A stretch of 64,000 nucleotides of DNA from Octopus vulgaris (GCA_951406725.2 OX597814.1:19282001-19346000); one strand, 5' to 3'. Numbered from the stretch's first letter, positions 1-14,050 are shown. A program made the numbers and translations. Notes: a model not told the origin generated them from the letters alone.

Positions 1-771
1 GCCAGCCATGTACATACAAGGTGTCCATATCATCGCTGTTGGTGTGGTTACGTTCCCGTAACTTAGCGGTTCGCAAACACATACACACATATGCATATAT
101 GTATATATATGCATGTGTGTATGTGTGTGTATTTTTCTTTCTGTGCGTAAGTGTCAGTGTGTGTGTGCATATAACTGCATCTGTTCATTCGTACACATAT
201 ATAAATGTATGTACAATATATGTATATATGCCTATCCTTATGTATAAACGCATAGATTTATAGATGCATGTATGTAAATGTTTGTGTTCGAACGCACGTG
301 TATGTGTTTATGTATGTATGTATGTATGTATGTATGTATGTGTGTGTGTGTATGTATGTATGTATGTATGTATGTATGTATGTATGTATGTATGTATGTA
401 TGCTTGCTCATGTGTAGATGCAGTCATGTTGATGTATTTTCTCTTAGTACACGCTTCTCAGGTTCACCTTCTCTTCTGCAACCCGGTGTCACACAGGTTT
501 GTTATGTATCCGCGTTCATGAAGTAGAAAAGAAGATTCAGCTGTCAGTCTGACATGTATTTTACTGAAGTGTCACCGGAATTTTTATATATATTGACAAT
601 CCACGTGTTTCTTAGAAATAGGAAATGCTGCAGTATCTCTTTTAACACATAAACATATTGAATAATATATATGCTGTAAACGTACGTGCTTGAATATCTG
701 TAATTTTCTTTTCCATGTATTTACCTAAATAGCTTTATGCATATTAATGAGCTTGCGAATGTACATATATA

Positions 772-855
<84 letters not shown>

Positions 856-861
856 GCATAC

Positions 862-897
<36 letters not shown>

Positions 898-964
898 TAT
901 ATATATACATACATATATATACATGCACACACACACGCGCACACACATATATACACATATATGC

Positions 965-996
<32 letters not shown>

Positions 997-1080
997 ATGT
1001 GTGTGTGAACGTGTGGGTATGTGTGTATGTATTAATTATATGCGTGTCTGTGTGAATATACATATATATTTATATTCCTT

Positions 1081-1162
<82 letters not shown>

Positions 1163-3023
1163 ACATACATAAGTATGTACATTTTATACAGCCTAAATTG
1201 CGTTTAGTGTATATATGTCTTTAAGCATATATATGTGTTTGTGTGTGTTTTTATGTGTGTGCTTGTGTGTGTTTTTTTGTGTGCGTGTGTGTGTGTGTGT
1301 GCATCATGTAAGAGTGATTGAGGTTTTTTATTAAGTTTAAATAGTCGCATATGTATCGTATTTAAAATGCAATATTTATGTTGTAGTGCTGTATCTCTCC
1401 TCTTGTTAAAAGACTATAAACATGGGAGAGAGACGAAAATTCGTCGCAGAAGCGTCTAGCCAGATGCGTTTAGGATTCAGCACATCATTCGAATGGCGTG
1501 TACTAGCAGCTACATGCTGGTACGTACATTGGTTGCCGCCGATATAATAAACGGTAAATAAGGCAGCGAGCTGGCAGAAACGTTAGCACGCTGGGCGAAA
1601 TGCGTAGCCGTATTTCGTCTGCCGTTACGTCCTGAGTTCAAACTCCGCCGAGGTTGACTTTGCCTTTCATCCTTTCGGGGTCGATTAAATAAGTACCAGT
1701 TACGCACTGGGGTCGATATAATCGACTTAATCCGTGTGTTTGTCCTCTCTGTGTTTAGCCCCTTGTGGGTAGTAAAGAAATAGGTAAATAATGCATTCAC
1801 ATTATTCAAAGTTGATGCAATTCACTTTTACCATTCTAAACTTCAACTACTAAATTCGCTCTCTACCATCACAATTATCAGACGACAAACAATAATTTTT
1901 TCTACTCTAGGCACAAGGCCCGAAATTTTGTGGGTACGGACCAGTCGATTAGATCGACTCCAGTACACAACTTGTACTTAATTTACCGACTCCGAAAGGA
2001 TGAAAGGCAAAGTCGACGTCGGCGGAATTTGAACTTAAAACGGAAAGACAGTAGAAATACCGCTAAGCATTTCATCCGGCGTGCTAACGATTCTTATTTC
2101 GTTATTGCCCACAAAGGGTTAAACATAGAGGGGACAAACAAGGACAGACAAAGGGATTAAGTCGATTACATCGACCCCAGTGCGTAACTGATACTCAATT
2201 TATCGACCCCGAAAAGATGAAAGACAATGTCGACCTCGGCGGAATTTAAACGTAACGGCAAACGTAATACCTATTTCTTTACTGCCCACAAGAGGCTAAA
2301 CACAGAGAGGACAAACAAGGACAGACACACGGATTAAGTCGATTATATCGACTCCAGTGCGTAACTGGTACTTATTTAATCGACCATGAAAGGATGAAAG
2401 GCAAAGTCGACCTCGGCGGAATTTGAACTCAGAACGTAACGGCAGACGAAATACTGCTAAGCGTTTCGCCCGGCGTTGGAAACCTATTCCGACAGATTAA
2501 AAATTCTACTTTCCTGATACACATAAAGAGAAATGAAATCGTCTGCCGAAATACACATAATACAAGCTAATAAAAAAACTTCGCTAACAAACTTTCATAA
2601 GTTAATACACTAAATAATGAATAATTGAAGTTACCAGAGTCCAGACAGCTTTAACACCTGAAAATACAATTGCCATTCACAAAACGTATTTCCAGTAAGT
2701 GGCAATTGTCTAGAAAAATCAGTTATCTATGCAGCCTGAGTCACAATTAACATTAATCAGAATAGCATAGCTTACATCGGGATTAACAGCAAATCAGTTA
2801 AAGATTAGATTTTGTCAGAATAATTATAATCTTAGAACATTACAAAAACTATTCGACATTAGACAATGTATCTTTTTTTAAACATCTTTTTTAACAATAA
2901 TTTCTTCTTTAGCATATATTTTTGACAATAATTTAATTTACAATGTAGATTGTGCAGACATATCAGTATCTTATATACAATCTTATAGGTTGTATCTAGA
3001 AATAAGCGGAGAACTACATAGTG

Positions 3024-3093
<70 letters not shown>

Positions 3094-3157
3094 GTAGATA
3101 GGTAGGTAGGTAGGTAGGTAGGTAGGTAGGTAGGTAGGTAGGTAGGTAGGTAGATAT

Positions 3158-3214
<57 letters not shown>

Positions 3215-3300
3215 GACCGAAAGACAGGCAGACAGAGAGACAGACAGGCAAACAGACAGACATACAGATATTTAGATAGATAGATAGATAGATAGATAGA

Positions 3301-4827
3301 TATGTTTCTTTATTAGCCACACAGGGCTGCACACAGATAGAACAAATTACAAGGTAGAGCTTTTCTTTTGAAGGTTTAAAAAAAAAAAAAAAAAAAAAGG
3401 AAGGGGGAGTTTCGATCAAAAGGGATCGTAAAAGGAGAAAGAGGACAAAAAAAGGGGGGTTAAAAAAAAGGGGGAGAAAAAAAAATTGATCAATAGGGAT
3501 CGTTATCACAGAAATGTCAATATGAAGTGTAAAGGGGAGGACAGGTGAGGTTTACCCGTGGAAAGAAAAGCCTACGGAAAAGACCACGGTAACCTCGGTC
3601 AATGAAGTCACATTTTATATTTCTTTTTTTTTTTTTTTTTTTGCAAATAAGCAACTCTCTGTTTTCGATTTCTGGGTTCATAGGACTATGCTCAAGGTGG
3701 CTTCGTCATTCATACGTGCCATTCTTGCTACATTCACCCATCTTTTTTTAAAACATTCGCTAGACAAAACTTGCCTCTCTACTCTCACTTTCCTTTTCAA
3801 GTGGTACTTGAAGAAGTTGATGAGAGATTGACCAGAGAGGTAAGTGTTTGTCTCCAATCCTTTCAGACGCGTCCACCAGATACATTCTTTCGCCATAGCC
3901 ACAAGGATGATGAAAATAGCTCTTCCTTCCCGTTTGAAGGAAGGAGGCGTGACAATATTGACGATAGACTCAGCTGATAAACCGACTCGTCCCACACGTG
4001 ACAGCAGTTGTTCGACATAAGCCCACAGGTCGGAAATTGTTGGACACTGAACGAGTGCGTGCAGAACGGTTTCGTCGCTCTGACCGCATCTCGGGCAGGT
4101 CGGCCCCGTGTTTCTCGAGCCGTGTCTGTAGAGCTTATCCCGAACGGGTAGCGCTTCTCGGTAGCACTGCCAGGCCAGGGATCTCTGGAAGTTGTCCATG
4201 GGCCCTGGCCCGAAAGTCGTCCTGAACAGGCGGGTCAGGTACTCCTCGTCGACGTCCAGGTTCGCCCCGAGCTCGTCGTCGTACCTCCCCTCCACTAAAC
4301 CCCTATAGAATGCTTTGGTTGTGTTGAAGTCACTTAAGGTCGACCCAGGACGGCAGAGTTGCTTGAGAGCAACGCGACACTCGCGGTGCCATTCGCCCTT
4401 CCTCGGCCTCTTTTTGATCCACGACTGCAGTTCGGTCATGGAGACGAGCTGCGGGAAAGCGTGCCTCACAAACGGCGACCACACCTGTTCACCGTCGTCT
4501 ACATAGAGCCAGAGATGCCGCAGTCTCAGCGCGTGTCTTCGCATCATCAACCACGGCATGCCCAGCCCTCCTTTTAACGGGTGTTGACAGCAAATGGATC
4601 GCCTGACCATCGGGACGCATCCTTTCCACAAGAAGCGAAAGAGGATGCGTTGTAGTTTGGTGATGGTAGGGTCGGGACAAGGTACGACGGTCAGGCGGTA
4701 GTAGATGACGGACGCGATGTACGTGTTCGCCACCTCCGCTCGACCTTTTAGGGACAGTTTCCTCTCGGCCCATTGCCGGGCGAGAGTGACCACCCTACTC
4801 GTTATCTCGTTCCAGTTCTTCTCCACT
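3301..4827 (-). mobile_element. 5'-truncated Tx1/L1-clade non-LTR retrotransposon inserted in a (GATA)n/(TATC)n microsatellite
   Basis: GC-rich island containing the ORF2 C-terminus and a ~375-bp 3'UTR. AATAAA (minus strand, 3309-3314) lies 8 nt before (TCTA)n. Both junctions abut (GATA)n. Confidence 0.88.
3678..4826 (-). CDS. LINE ORF2 C-terminal part (post-RT thumb region plus zf-RVT/CCHC zinc knuckle); 5'-truncated, no true start codon
   Basis: 382-aa uninterrupted frame with W..RKLSLKGR, FRFLWKG, P..KGGLG, CPRCGQSDETVLHALVQC and IWWTR motifs typical of L1/Tx1 ORF2. Confidence 0.88.
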   Translation of the reverse strand: MEKNWNEITSRVVTLARQWAERKLSLKGRAEVANTYIASVIYYRLTVVPCPDPTITKLQRILFRFLWKGCVPMVRRSICCQHPLKGGLGMPWLMMRRHALRLRHLWLYVDDGEQVWSPFVRHAFPQLVSMTELQSWIKKRPRKGEWHRECRVALKQLCRPGSTLSDFNTTKAFYRGLVEGRYDDELGANLDVDEEYLTRLFRTTFGPGPMDNFQRSLAWQCYREALPVRDKLYRHGSRNTGPTCPRCGQSDETVLHALVQCPTISDLWAYVEQLLSRVGRVGLSAESIVNIVTPPSFKREGRAIFIILVAMAKECIWWTRLKGLETNTYLSGQSLINFFKYHLKRKVRVERQVLSSECFKKRWVNVARMARMNDEATLSIVL

Positions 4828-4944
<117 letters not shown>

Positions 4945-4990
4945 GATCCGGTGTGCAGATAGGTAGGTAGGTAAGGATGCAGGTAGGCAG

Positions 4991-5021
<31 letters not shown>

Positions 5022-5569
5022 TGTATGTATGTATGTATGTATGTATGTATGTAGGTAGGTAGATAGGTAGGTAGGTAGGTAGGTAGGTAGAGAAAAAGAA
5101 AGAGGGAGAAAGGAAACAACAAAAGAGGAGGAAGACTATTCACTAGTAAAAAAAAAAAAAAATTCCCTTCAGATTCACTTTAAGTCAGATGAAGATAAGT
5201 GGCTTGAAGGAGGGTGACAAGCTACACTAGAAACAAACCAAAGAGTGAAACGAGAAGACGGTAAGGGATTTGAACAATGAGAGGAAACTCATTTGAATAT
5301 CGTTCGCTACCTGTCAGAAACGAAACAAAAAGGTGGGTGTAGTTTTATATCGGTGGAATATATCTCGCTTGAAAGGGTCTGTCTCGTAACAACCGTCCTT
5401 AGCCTCTTCCTCACAGCCACTATTAAGGGTCGTTATATTTGAATGGTGTATAGAAACTGCATGGAAATAAAGAAGGTAACAGGGTAAGATGTACAGATAT
5501 CCGTGTGTATTGATGTATTCCATTGTACACAATATGTTGTCGAGCTCTCAAATGTTAAAATTACAGGAG

Positions 5570-6580
5570 GGATTACACGCACACACATACACACATATAC
5601 GCTCTTACATACAAATACAAACGGGTGCGCGCAAAGACACATGCACACACGTACAACCAGAAAACTTACTCCCACACACATAATCTCCCACACATTTACG
5701 CACACATACTCACACACATACATTCACACAGACACACACACACACTCACACACGCAAACAGACACACAGTCATACACACATACTCACATACACTCACACA
5801 CTTAAACACTCACACACATTCATACATTCACACAGAAATACACACACACTCACACACAAACAAACATTCACACACACTCACACATACGCACATACGCTCA
5901 CACACACATATACACGCACACAAACTAACACACACACGTACTTACACACACATATACTCACATACATACACATTGACACACACACACTCATACACGAACA
6001 CATACATAAACACACATACACTCACACACTTAAACTCTCACACACATTCATACATTCACACACATTCATACATTCACACACACACTCACACACAAACAAC
6101 CATTCACACACACTCACACACACGCACATACACATACACACACATATATACACGCACACAAACAAACACACACACATACTTATACACACATATACTCACA
6201 TACATACACATTGACACACACATACACACACACACTCATACACGAACACATACATAAACACACATACACTCACACACTTAAACTCTCACACACATTCATA
6301 CATTCACACAGAAATACACACACACTCACACACAAACATTCACACACACTCACACATACACACATACGCTCACACATACATATATACAAGCACACAAACA
6401 AACACACTCACATACTTACACACACATATACTCACACACATACACATTGACACACACATACACATACACTCATACACGAACACATACATAAACACACGCA
6501 TGCACACATTCACATACTCACACACAAACACACATACACGGGCATATAAACACGCACGCATACACACAAACACACACAGT
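5570..6580. repeat. Long degenerate (CA)-rich low-complexity array with higher-order duplications
   Basis: The block CACTTAAAC(A/T)CTCACACACATTCATACATTCACAC recurs at ~5800, ~6027 and ~6275. Confidence 0.85.
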
Positions 6581-7094
6581 ATACATGGATGTGAATGTGT
6601 GTGTCAGTGCAGGACTATATTTGTATGTATGTATGTATGTATGTATGTATGTATGTATGTATGTATGTATGTATTACTCTTTCTCTTTTACTTGTTTCAG
6701 TCATTTGACTGCGGCCATGCTGGAGCACCGCCTTTAGTCGAGCAAATCGACCCCGGGACTTATTCTTTGTAAGCCCAGGACTTATTCTATCGGTCTCTTT
6801 TGCCGAACTGCTAAGTGACGGGGACGTAAACACACCAGCATCGGTTGTCAAGCAATGCTAGGGGGACAAACGTAGACACACAAACATATACACACACACT
6901 TATATATATATACATATATACGACAGGCTTCTTTCAGTTTCCGTCTACCAAATCTACTCACAAGGCATTGGTCGGACCGGGGCTATAGCAGAAGACACTT
7001 GCCCAAGGTGCCACGCAGTGGGACTGAACCCGGAACCACGTGGTTGGTTAGCAAGCTACTTACCACACAGCCACTCCTGCGCCTATGTATACGA

Positions 7095-7310
7095 GAATTT
7101 GTTTAAAAGTTCCTGCCTTTAACGTTATTGCGAAAGGTCTGCTTGGAGACTCAACCTTCCGAGTTCTTTCAGGGGGCTTAGAAAAACTAAAGGACGGCTG
7201 CAATAAGTGTGAGTGTCTGAGAGGGGAATATGTTGAATACAATTATTATTAAGGAATCCTCCTGTATTTTCTTTTACACATAGCCAGGAAATTTTCAGCA
7301 TCCCCTCGTA
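7095..7310 (+). mobile_element. Mariner 3' relic
   Basis: GLEKLKDGCNKCECLRGEYVE followed by TIR-like AAATTTTCAGCATCCCCTCG-TA. Confidence 0.65.
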
Positions 7311-7539
7311 TAATCATACATACATACATGCATATATACCACATATAGGGGTCCCTAACTGAAAATTGTGTCTTAAATAACAAACACGAGGAAGGTACAA
7401 AATATGCACAACAAATACATAAACGCACCCATATAAACAGAATGTAGTCAAAATTAAAACTTCCTACGTACAAGCATTAGCACTTGCAAACACATACCTG
7501 CGTGCTTTCACACATACGTACATACACACACACATATAT

Positions 7540-7593
<54 letters not shown>

Positions 7594-7594
<1 letters not shown>

Positions 7595-8105
7595 TAGCAG
7601 TATCGCCCGGCGTTGCCCGGGTTTGTAAGGAAATAACTATATAAGCATTTTTAGAGAGTTACTTCCCTTACAGATGCCAATTCGGGCTTTCTTAGCCATT
7701 TCTGTTTTGGTGCCTTCAAGCCATGAAGTCGTTGTTCTAAAAGAACGCTGGTCTCCTTGACAACGCTTTACGACGTTGATTTCTTTACACTCCCTTCCCC
7801 ACAGCTTCACGAGGGAGGGAAGAAGGGGGAGAAGCAAACAGGTGCAGGTGTGACCATGGATGCCAACTCCGCCGCCATCGACACACGAAAAATTATGCAT
7901 TAAAATGGAATAAAAAATTATGTTAAATTATTTTTAAAATCGTAAACTCATCGTAGACGCGCGCTAATACTCAGACGGGCTCGATATGAATCACGACTAT
8001 AAGATACCCGAATTTGGTTAAACTGCACCGCAAAATGTGGGAGTAGTTAGGAATCTAAATCGAAGGGGACAGACACTCACACAACTACAGTTTTATATAT
8101 ATAGA
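7594..8105 (-). mobile_element. Non-autonomous Helitron
   Basis: Minus strand starts TCTATATATATAAAA and ends with hairpin CCCGG-GCAACG-CCGGG followed by CTAG. Inserted between A and T with no TSD. Confidence 0.85.
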
Positions 8106-8317
8106 TATATATATACTTTTTCATCTTTCGCTTAGCGATGATAATAACCTAGTGTTAGAACTCAGTATACATATGCTTAAGAAAGAAACGTTAATTAGGT
8201 TCAGAATGTAATAAAAAAAAAAGATTTAATAAAAGACAGGGGAACAAGAAATAACGTAACGAACTTCAACAACAAACAGCTGTTTCTGCAGTAAGATGCA
8301 ATGCACTGAAATTTGAA

Positions 8318-8580
8318 TAAAAGAGGTTGCAGAAATTAACACATATCACGTGATTTAGAACTCTGAGATATTTCTCTTAGTCCTCATCAGTGGGTCTTAC
8401 TGCGCCTAGAGGTAAAACTGATTCTTCACCTCGTCAATTTGTTAAAACTGTTGTAGGCGAGCATCATATTTAAACGGTAGGAGTGTATAATTATCAATAA
8501 TAAGATCCACTGATGAGGACAAAGAGAAATATCTCAGATTTCGAAATCACGTGATATGGGTATATCTGCAACCTCTTTTA
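8318..8580. repeat. ~80-bp imperfect inverted repeat with a hammerhead in each arm
   Basis: Arms 8318-8399 and 8501-8580. Confidence 0.8.
8505..8561 (+). ncRNA. Type I hammerhead ribozyme (inverted, core-mutated copy at ~8340-8395)
   Basis: ATCCA-CTGATGA-GGAC..GAGA..TCTC..TTTC-GAAA-TCACGTGA-TA-TGGGT. The inverted copy has GAAA>TAAA but a better stem II (GGAC/GTTC). Confidence 0.72.
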
Positions 8581-8729
8581 CGAGTGTCTGTCGCTACTGT
8601 ATGTTGGATATAATTTCTAGCTACCAATCTTTCGTCAACTTGTTAAATTTCAATGCTTTTTGTGGCTAATCGAGTCACTTTTGACTCCTGTTTCTAGGAA
8701 TGCTGCTACTATTTTGTACCCTTGTTTTT

Positions 8730-8785
<56 letters not shown>

Positions 8786-9699
8786 TTATATATATATATC
8801 TGTGTATTTGTGTGTGTCTGTATGCATATGTTTATACATATCTGTATGTGTGCGCTTGTATGTATATATTTATAAATGCATGATTCAAGATATATAGATG
8901 ATCTTATTGATTGACTAATAAAATATTTTATAGACCTTTCGATTTCAAAGATTTTAGTTTTAACATTTATTAAAGATAAAATTCATGTTTAATTTAATTG
9001 TAACCCTATTCATATTATTAGTCAATGAGAAGATGATAATGATATATTGACCCTAGAATTACTATGATGATAAATGTAAATTTGGCCGGGAAATATTTAT
9101 TATTCATAAAGAGTAGTACATTTCGGAAGCAATGTTTATAATTTTCCATAAATGCATATATAAAGATACAGGCACGCTTTTGTGTTTGTCTATATGTGCC
9201 GGTGCCCTTAGGAAAAATAGAACTCTAATTATGGAGACAATTATCATATCACAATACAATGCTAAAATTAACACGTCAACACATCAAAATATTATCATAT
9301 TCCTAGCTTACACGAAGACAATAAATAAATAAAGATAAAAAAAAGCCTAAGGGTCAACATTTGGCCACAGCAAAAAAATCAGCATGTAACTTTTGATGCA
9401 TGATGCTAATAGTCAAAGAAACCTTTGGCAGCAAATTCTACACGAATTCAATCAGTATGTAACAAATGCAAATAAATCGATAAACATATTTAATCTAATT
9501 CTTCGAAATGAGACTGTGAAGTACTAGAAACGTTTCATGTGTATCTTGGAACTCCATTAATCGAAACAGAAAATATAAAAAATAAAGCATAAAAAGACAA
9601 ATGTATTTCATCTTTCTCTCTCTCACACACACACACACACACACTCGCGCACACTCATAAACACATATACATACATACATGCACATACACACACGCACG

Positions 9700-10490
9700 T
9701 ATAGGATGGGGTACTGAAAAAAACATGGTTTAAGGGTGTCGCGAAAGGCTTGGTTGAAGGCCCAACATTCTCAGTTCTTTTACAGGGCTTTAAAAACTGA
9801 GGGAGCACTGCCATAACTGTATAACTGATAGGGAATTATGTTGAATAAAATGATAATTAACTGATCGTTCTTCCTGCAGGATGGGGTACAGAAAACACAT
9901 GGCTTAAGTATGTCACGAAAGGTTTGGTTGAAGGCCCAAAATTCTGTTCTTTTATAGGGCTTGAAAAACTAAGGGGTTGCTGCTATAACTGTGTAAATCT
10001 GAGAGGAAACTATGTTGAGTAAAATCATAATTAACTGATGGAGGCGCAATGGCCCAGTGGTTAGGGCAGCGGACTCGCAGTCGTAGGATCGCGGTTTCGA
10101 TTCCCAGACCGGGCGTTGTGAGTGTTTATTGAGCGAAAACACCTAAAAGCTCCACGAGGCTCCGGCAGGGATGGTGGTGATCCCTGCTGTACTCTTTCAC
10201 CACAACTTTCTCTCACTTTTACTTCCTGTTTCTGTTGTACCTGTATTTCAAAGGGCCGGCCTTGTCACTCTCTGTGTCACGCTGAATATCCCCGAGAACT
10301 ACGTTAAGGGTACATGTGTCAGTGGAGTGCTCTGCCACTTACACGTTAATTTCACGAGCAGGCTGTTCCGTTGATCGGATCAACCGGAACCCTCGTCGTC
10401 GTAACCGACGGTGTGCTTCCACAATTAACTGATCGACCCTCTTGTATTTTCATTTTACCCAAAGCCATGAACTTTTTAGCACCCCATATA
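9700..10490 (+). mobile_element. Mariner 3' relic, tandemly duplicated (~175 bp x2) and interrupted by a SINE
   Basis: Decayed ...GL.KL...C.NC...GNYVE* C-terminus occurs twice. TIR-like GAACTTTTTAGCACCCCATATA end. Confidence 0.6.
10040..10422 (+). mobile_element. SINE family C, full length with 11-bp TSD
   Basis: tRNA-like head TGGCCCAGTGGTTAGGGCAGCGGACTCG...GGTTTCGATTCCC. TSD AATTAACTGAT (10029-10039 / 10423-10433). Confidence 0.9.
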
Positions 10491-10913
10491 TGAATTCAGG
10501 TTAGTTGAAATACGTTTGTTACATATTTCAACTGCTGAAGGCATATACAGTGCAGTTACTTGGAAAAAAAATCTCGTTCAGTTTCGCCATCCCTCGGGAC
10601 TCTCAGACATCTATGTTTCGAGTTTTGACTTTTGTCAATGAGATGTACATAAGTGTGGCAACTCCAAACGAACTTAATACAGCTATAGCTTTATATATAA
10701 CACAGTCAACACTTTTATTGATTTGCGCTAGTAGATCGCTCGATCAGTGTTTAGGTATGAGCAGAATTTAGGTTAGGTGAAATAAGTTTATCACATATTT
10801 CAACTGCTTATGGCAAATACACTACAGTCACCGTGGTAAAAATGCGCAAAAACACGCAGTACGTTCAATGTCGCCATCTCTTTGGAATCTCAAACTATAT
10901 ACATACGCACATG

Positions 10914-10969
<56 letters not shown>

Positions 10970-11112
10970 CATACATATATATATATGCATATATATATAT
11001 ATATATACACACACACATATATATATATATATGTATACATATATATAAGAATTTTTTGCGTGATAAGATAAAAAAAACCAAGGCTGTATAGATATTACAG
11101 TATTTATAGATA

Positions 11113-11166
11113 GGTCTTACAGTTGTTTCTAGGATATTGATTAATAATAACCCTTCATCGGAGACG
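11113..11166 (-). ncRNA. Degenerate hammerhead, same family as 19142
   Basis: GTCT-CCGATGA-AGGGTTATT..AATATCCTA-GAAA-CAACTG-TA-AGAC, with a U4>C core change. Confidence 0.65.
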
Positions 11167-11341
11167 GTGTGAGAGGAAAAATTAAGTTATAGTTAGTTTC
11201 GATGGGATACAAATAGAACCAATGTTGAACCCTTTAGTCTCAATATTACCGAATCTGGAACTTAACCATGGTCTGTCTACAGCACTTATTCAGCATTATC
11301 TGACATCTTTGGATCTCAATAACACCTTTATCTCTTTTATA

Positions 11342-11372
<31 letters not shown>

Positions 11373-12030
11373 GCATAGGTCTGTTTCGAGTATATATATG
11401 TATATATGCGCTTAGGTCTATTTTTTTAAAATATGCATCTATGTATTTTGGAAGCCTGTGAAACAATAAGCATTGTTCCCAACGAGGAAAAGAAGAAAAT
11501 ACAGAAATGTATGAGATGATAGAAGAGTAGGAGACTCATGATAAGAGGGGATTGCCAAATAAAATCCAGCAAAATGGTGTTATTGAAGACTTATTTGGGC
11601 ATAGCTTTTGGGTCAAACTGTTTGTGTTCACTTAACCGTGACACCAGCTATTCTCTTGACAACTTTCCGCGAGTTTTGTTAAAGACGTGATAGGAAAAGA
11701 CAGGCTTTTCTACGGCCCAGCCAGGCGTGCAACATTAAATGATGTTGATATTTATTAAAGCAGCGAAGATTTTGAATGCTGCCTATTTTACCTACACAAA
11801 TGCCTTGACGCGATAGCGATAGGCATAGAAATTCTGACGTTCATATTTATTTATTCATGCAAGTGTGTGTGAGAGAGAGAGAGTGTGTGTGTGTGTGTGA
11901 GTGTGTGAGAGTGTGTGTAAGTATGTATGTGTGTGTAAGTATATAAAGATATGCATACACGCATATATTTGCATGAATATTCGATAAATATACATGTATA
12001 TATATATATATATACATGTATACACACATG

Positions 12031-12086
<56 letters not shown>

Positions 12087-12311
12087 TACTCCTACTCTTT
12101 ACTCTTTTACTTGTTTCAATCATTTGACTGCGGCCATGCTTTAGCACCGCCTCTAATCGAGCAACTAGACCCCGGGGCTTATTCTTTGGTAAGCCCAGTA
12201 CTTATTCTATCGGTCTCTTTTGCCGAACCGCTAAGTAACGGGGACATAAATACACCAGCATCGGTTGTCAAGCAATGCTAGGGGACAAACACAGACACAC
12301 AAACACACACA

Positions 12312-12355
<44 letters not shown>

Positions 12356-12520
12356 TATATACATATATACGACGGGCGTCTTTCAGTTTCCGTCTACCAA
12401 ATCCACTCACAAGGCTTCGGTCGGCCCGAGGCTATAGTAGAAGACACTTGCCCAAGGTGGCACGCAGTGGGACTGAACCCGGAACCATGTGGTTGGTAGA
12501 CAAGCTACTTACCTCGCAGC

Positions 12521-12556
<36 letters not shown>

Positions 12557-12644
12557 TTGGTATGAGTTTGTCATGTGTATACAAGTTTTTTATTTAGGTG
12601 TTTGTGCTACCGCTAGCACTGTAATGTGTATATACAATAGGTAT

Positions 12645-13330
12645 ATATATAGAAGCCTAGCAGTGGATAAGAGTGATGACATACTCTGGGAAAGAGTCGA
12701 TGAGGATGAATCGGTCTATTCTGGAGGATATTCGGGTCGGAACTAACATGGATAAATTCCAGAAATGCTTGGACTGGCAATACTACGAATTGACTACCGG
12801 TTCTTGTTAAATTCCACAGAGTTGGAAGCATCACCAGGTGGGACTACCTGGGATTCGCGTAGATCAAAGAAAGCATACTGCACGGACTCATGTCGTGTCA
12901 GAACATTACTGACTTTGGATTTATATAAAATTGTTTTTGTTGCATGTTAAACGAATCTATTTCCCAAATCTACTGTGATGATTGCCCCATTGCCCACCTT
13001 TGACAAGGCAGAATAAGCAGCGTTCCTCTATTTAGTAGCTATGGCAAAAGAGATTGTGATGGATGAGGAAATATTGAGGAAAGATACCGTCTCCTTCAGT
13101 CAAGCCTGCATCGATCTTTTAAATTTCTACTTGGAAAAGAAAGTGAGGCTGGAGAGGGATCTGCTGCCTCCCAATGAAATAAGATGGGTGACTGTGGCAA
13201 GAATGGTTAGGGTGAATGAACCTAATTAAAACTTGTGCCTGTTGGTTGGAGAACAACAATTGGGTGAGGACTCGTGTCTTTTGTGGTTAGGTTAATCTTG
13301 GATCTGTAAGGTATTTTTTTTGGCGCTAGT
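12645..13330 (+). pseudogene. Decayed Tx1-like LINE 3' end (related to 3301-4827)
   Basis: Frameshifted translations YRSLAVDKSDDIL, MDKFQKCLDWQYYE and MAKEIV...LEKKVRLER...RWVTVARMVRVNE match the C-terminal half of the 382-aa ORF. Confidence 0.8.
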
Positions 13331-13334
13331 TCTA

Positions 13335-14050
13335 CCTATAACCTTAGGAAAAAACAGTGGGCCTGCGGCTCGGCACCTGGAGAAGCAAGTCCATACCATC
13401 CAACTGCGTCGTTGGGCGTTGGACCGACGGACCTGTTAAACTGTTCAAGGTCTGATTCGGTCCGGACCTCTAGATGGACAAAAATTGGGACGTGGCAATG
13501 AGCAGGGTGACTACTCTCACGCAGAAATGGGCCGAGAGAAAGCTATCCTTAAAAGGTTGAGTAGAGGTGGCTAGCGCCTATATTGCATCCGTCATCTACT
13601 ATCGCTTGAACATTGTGCCTTGTTCTGGCCACCGTGTGATTACACTGGAGCATCTATTTTCCGCTTTTTGTAGAAGGAACGCATCCCAATCGTCAGGCGG
13701 TCTGTCTGCTGTCAGCACCTGCTGCGTAGTGGCTTGGACATGCCTGGTTGATGATGCGTAGACATGCGCTGAGGTTATGACATCTCCAGTGCTTCTTTGC
13801 CGGTGAACAGGTGTGGTTGCCGCTCGCCAGACCACGTATTTCCGCAGCTAGTTACTTTAATAAAGCTGCAGTCCTGAGTAAAACTGAGACCGAGGGGGGG
13901 GGGGCGTTTGGAAAGAGGAATGTACACGGTCCTCAGCCAATCGGACGGTGCGATAAGTTAACATCAACTTTAATTTTTTATAGAGGATTAGTGGAGGAAA
14001 AGTGCGACGACGTTCTTGGGGAGACGTTGGGCGTCGAAGATCAGCTAGCA
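13335..14050 (+). pseudogene. Second decayed Tx1-like LINE fragment
   Basis: MDKNWDVAMSRVTTLTQKWAERKLSLKG*VEVASAYIASVIYYRL...FYRGLVEEKCDDVLGE matches the N-terminal half of the 382-aa ORF, with stops and frameshifts. Confidence 0.85.

Noticed and set aside
21-1207. Many ORFs of YI/CV/HT/MYVC type here and throughout the window
   Set aside because: They are translations of (TA)n, (TG)n, (CA)n and (TATG)n microsatellites, which lack stops in some frames.
1510-2160. Recurrent peptide RPRKDERQSRPRRNLNS in several ORFs
   Set aside because: It is the antisense translation of the SINE family A core, not a protein family.
2620-2700. Possible host exon ending at a CA/GTAAGT donor-like site
   Set aside because: No convincing acceptor or recognisable protein. 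Such motifs occur by chance.
10040-10115. tRNA genes at SINE heads
   Set aside because: No proper acceptor stem or terminator. They continue into SINE bodies with TSDs.
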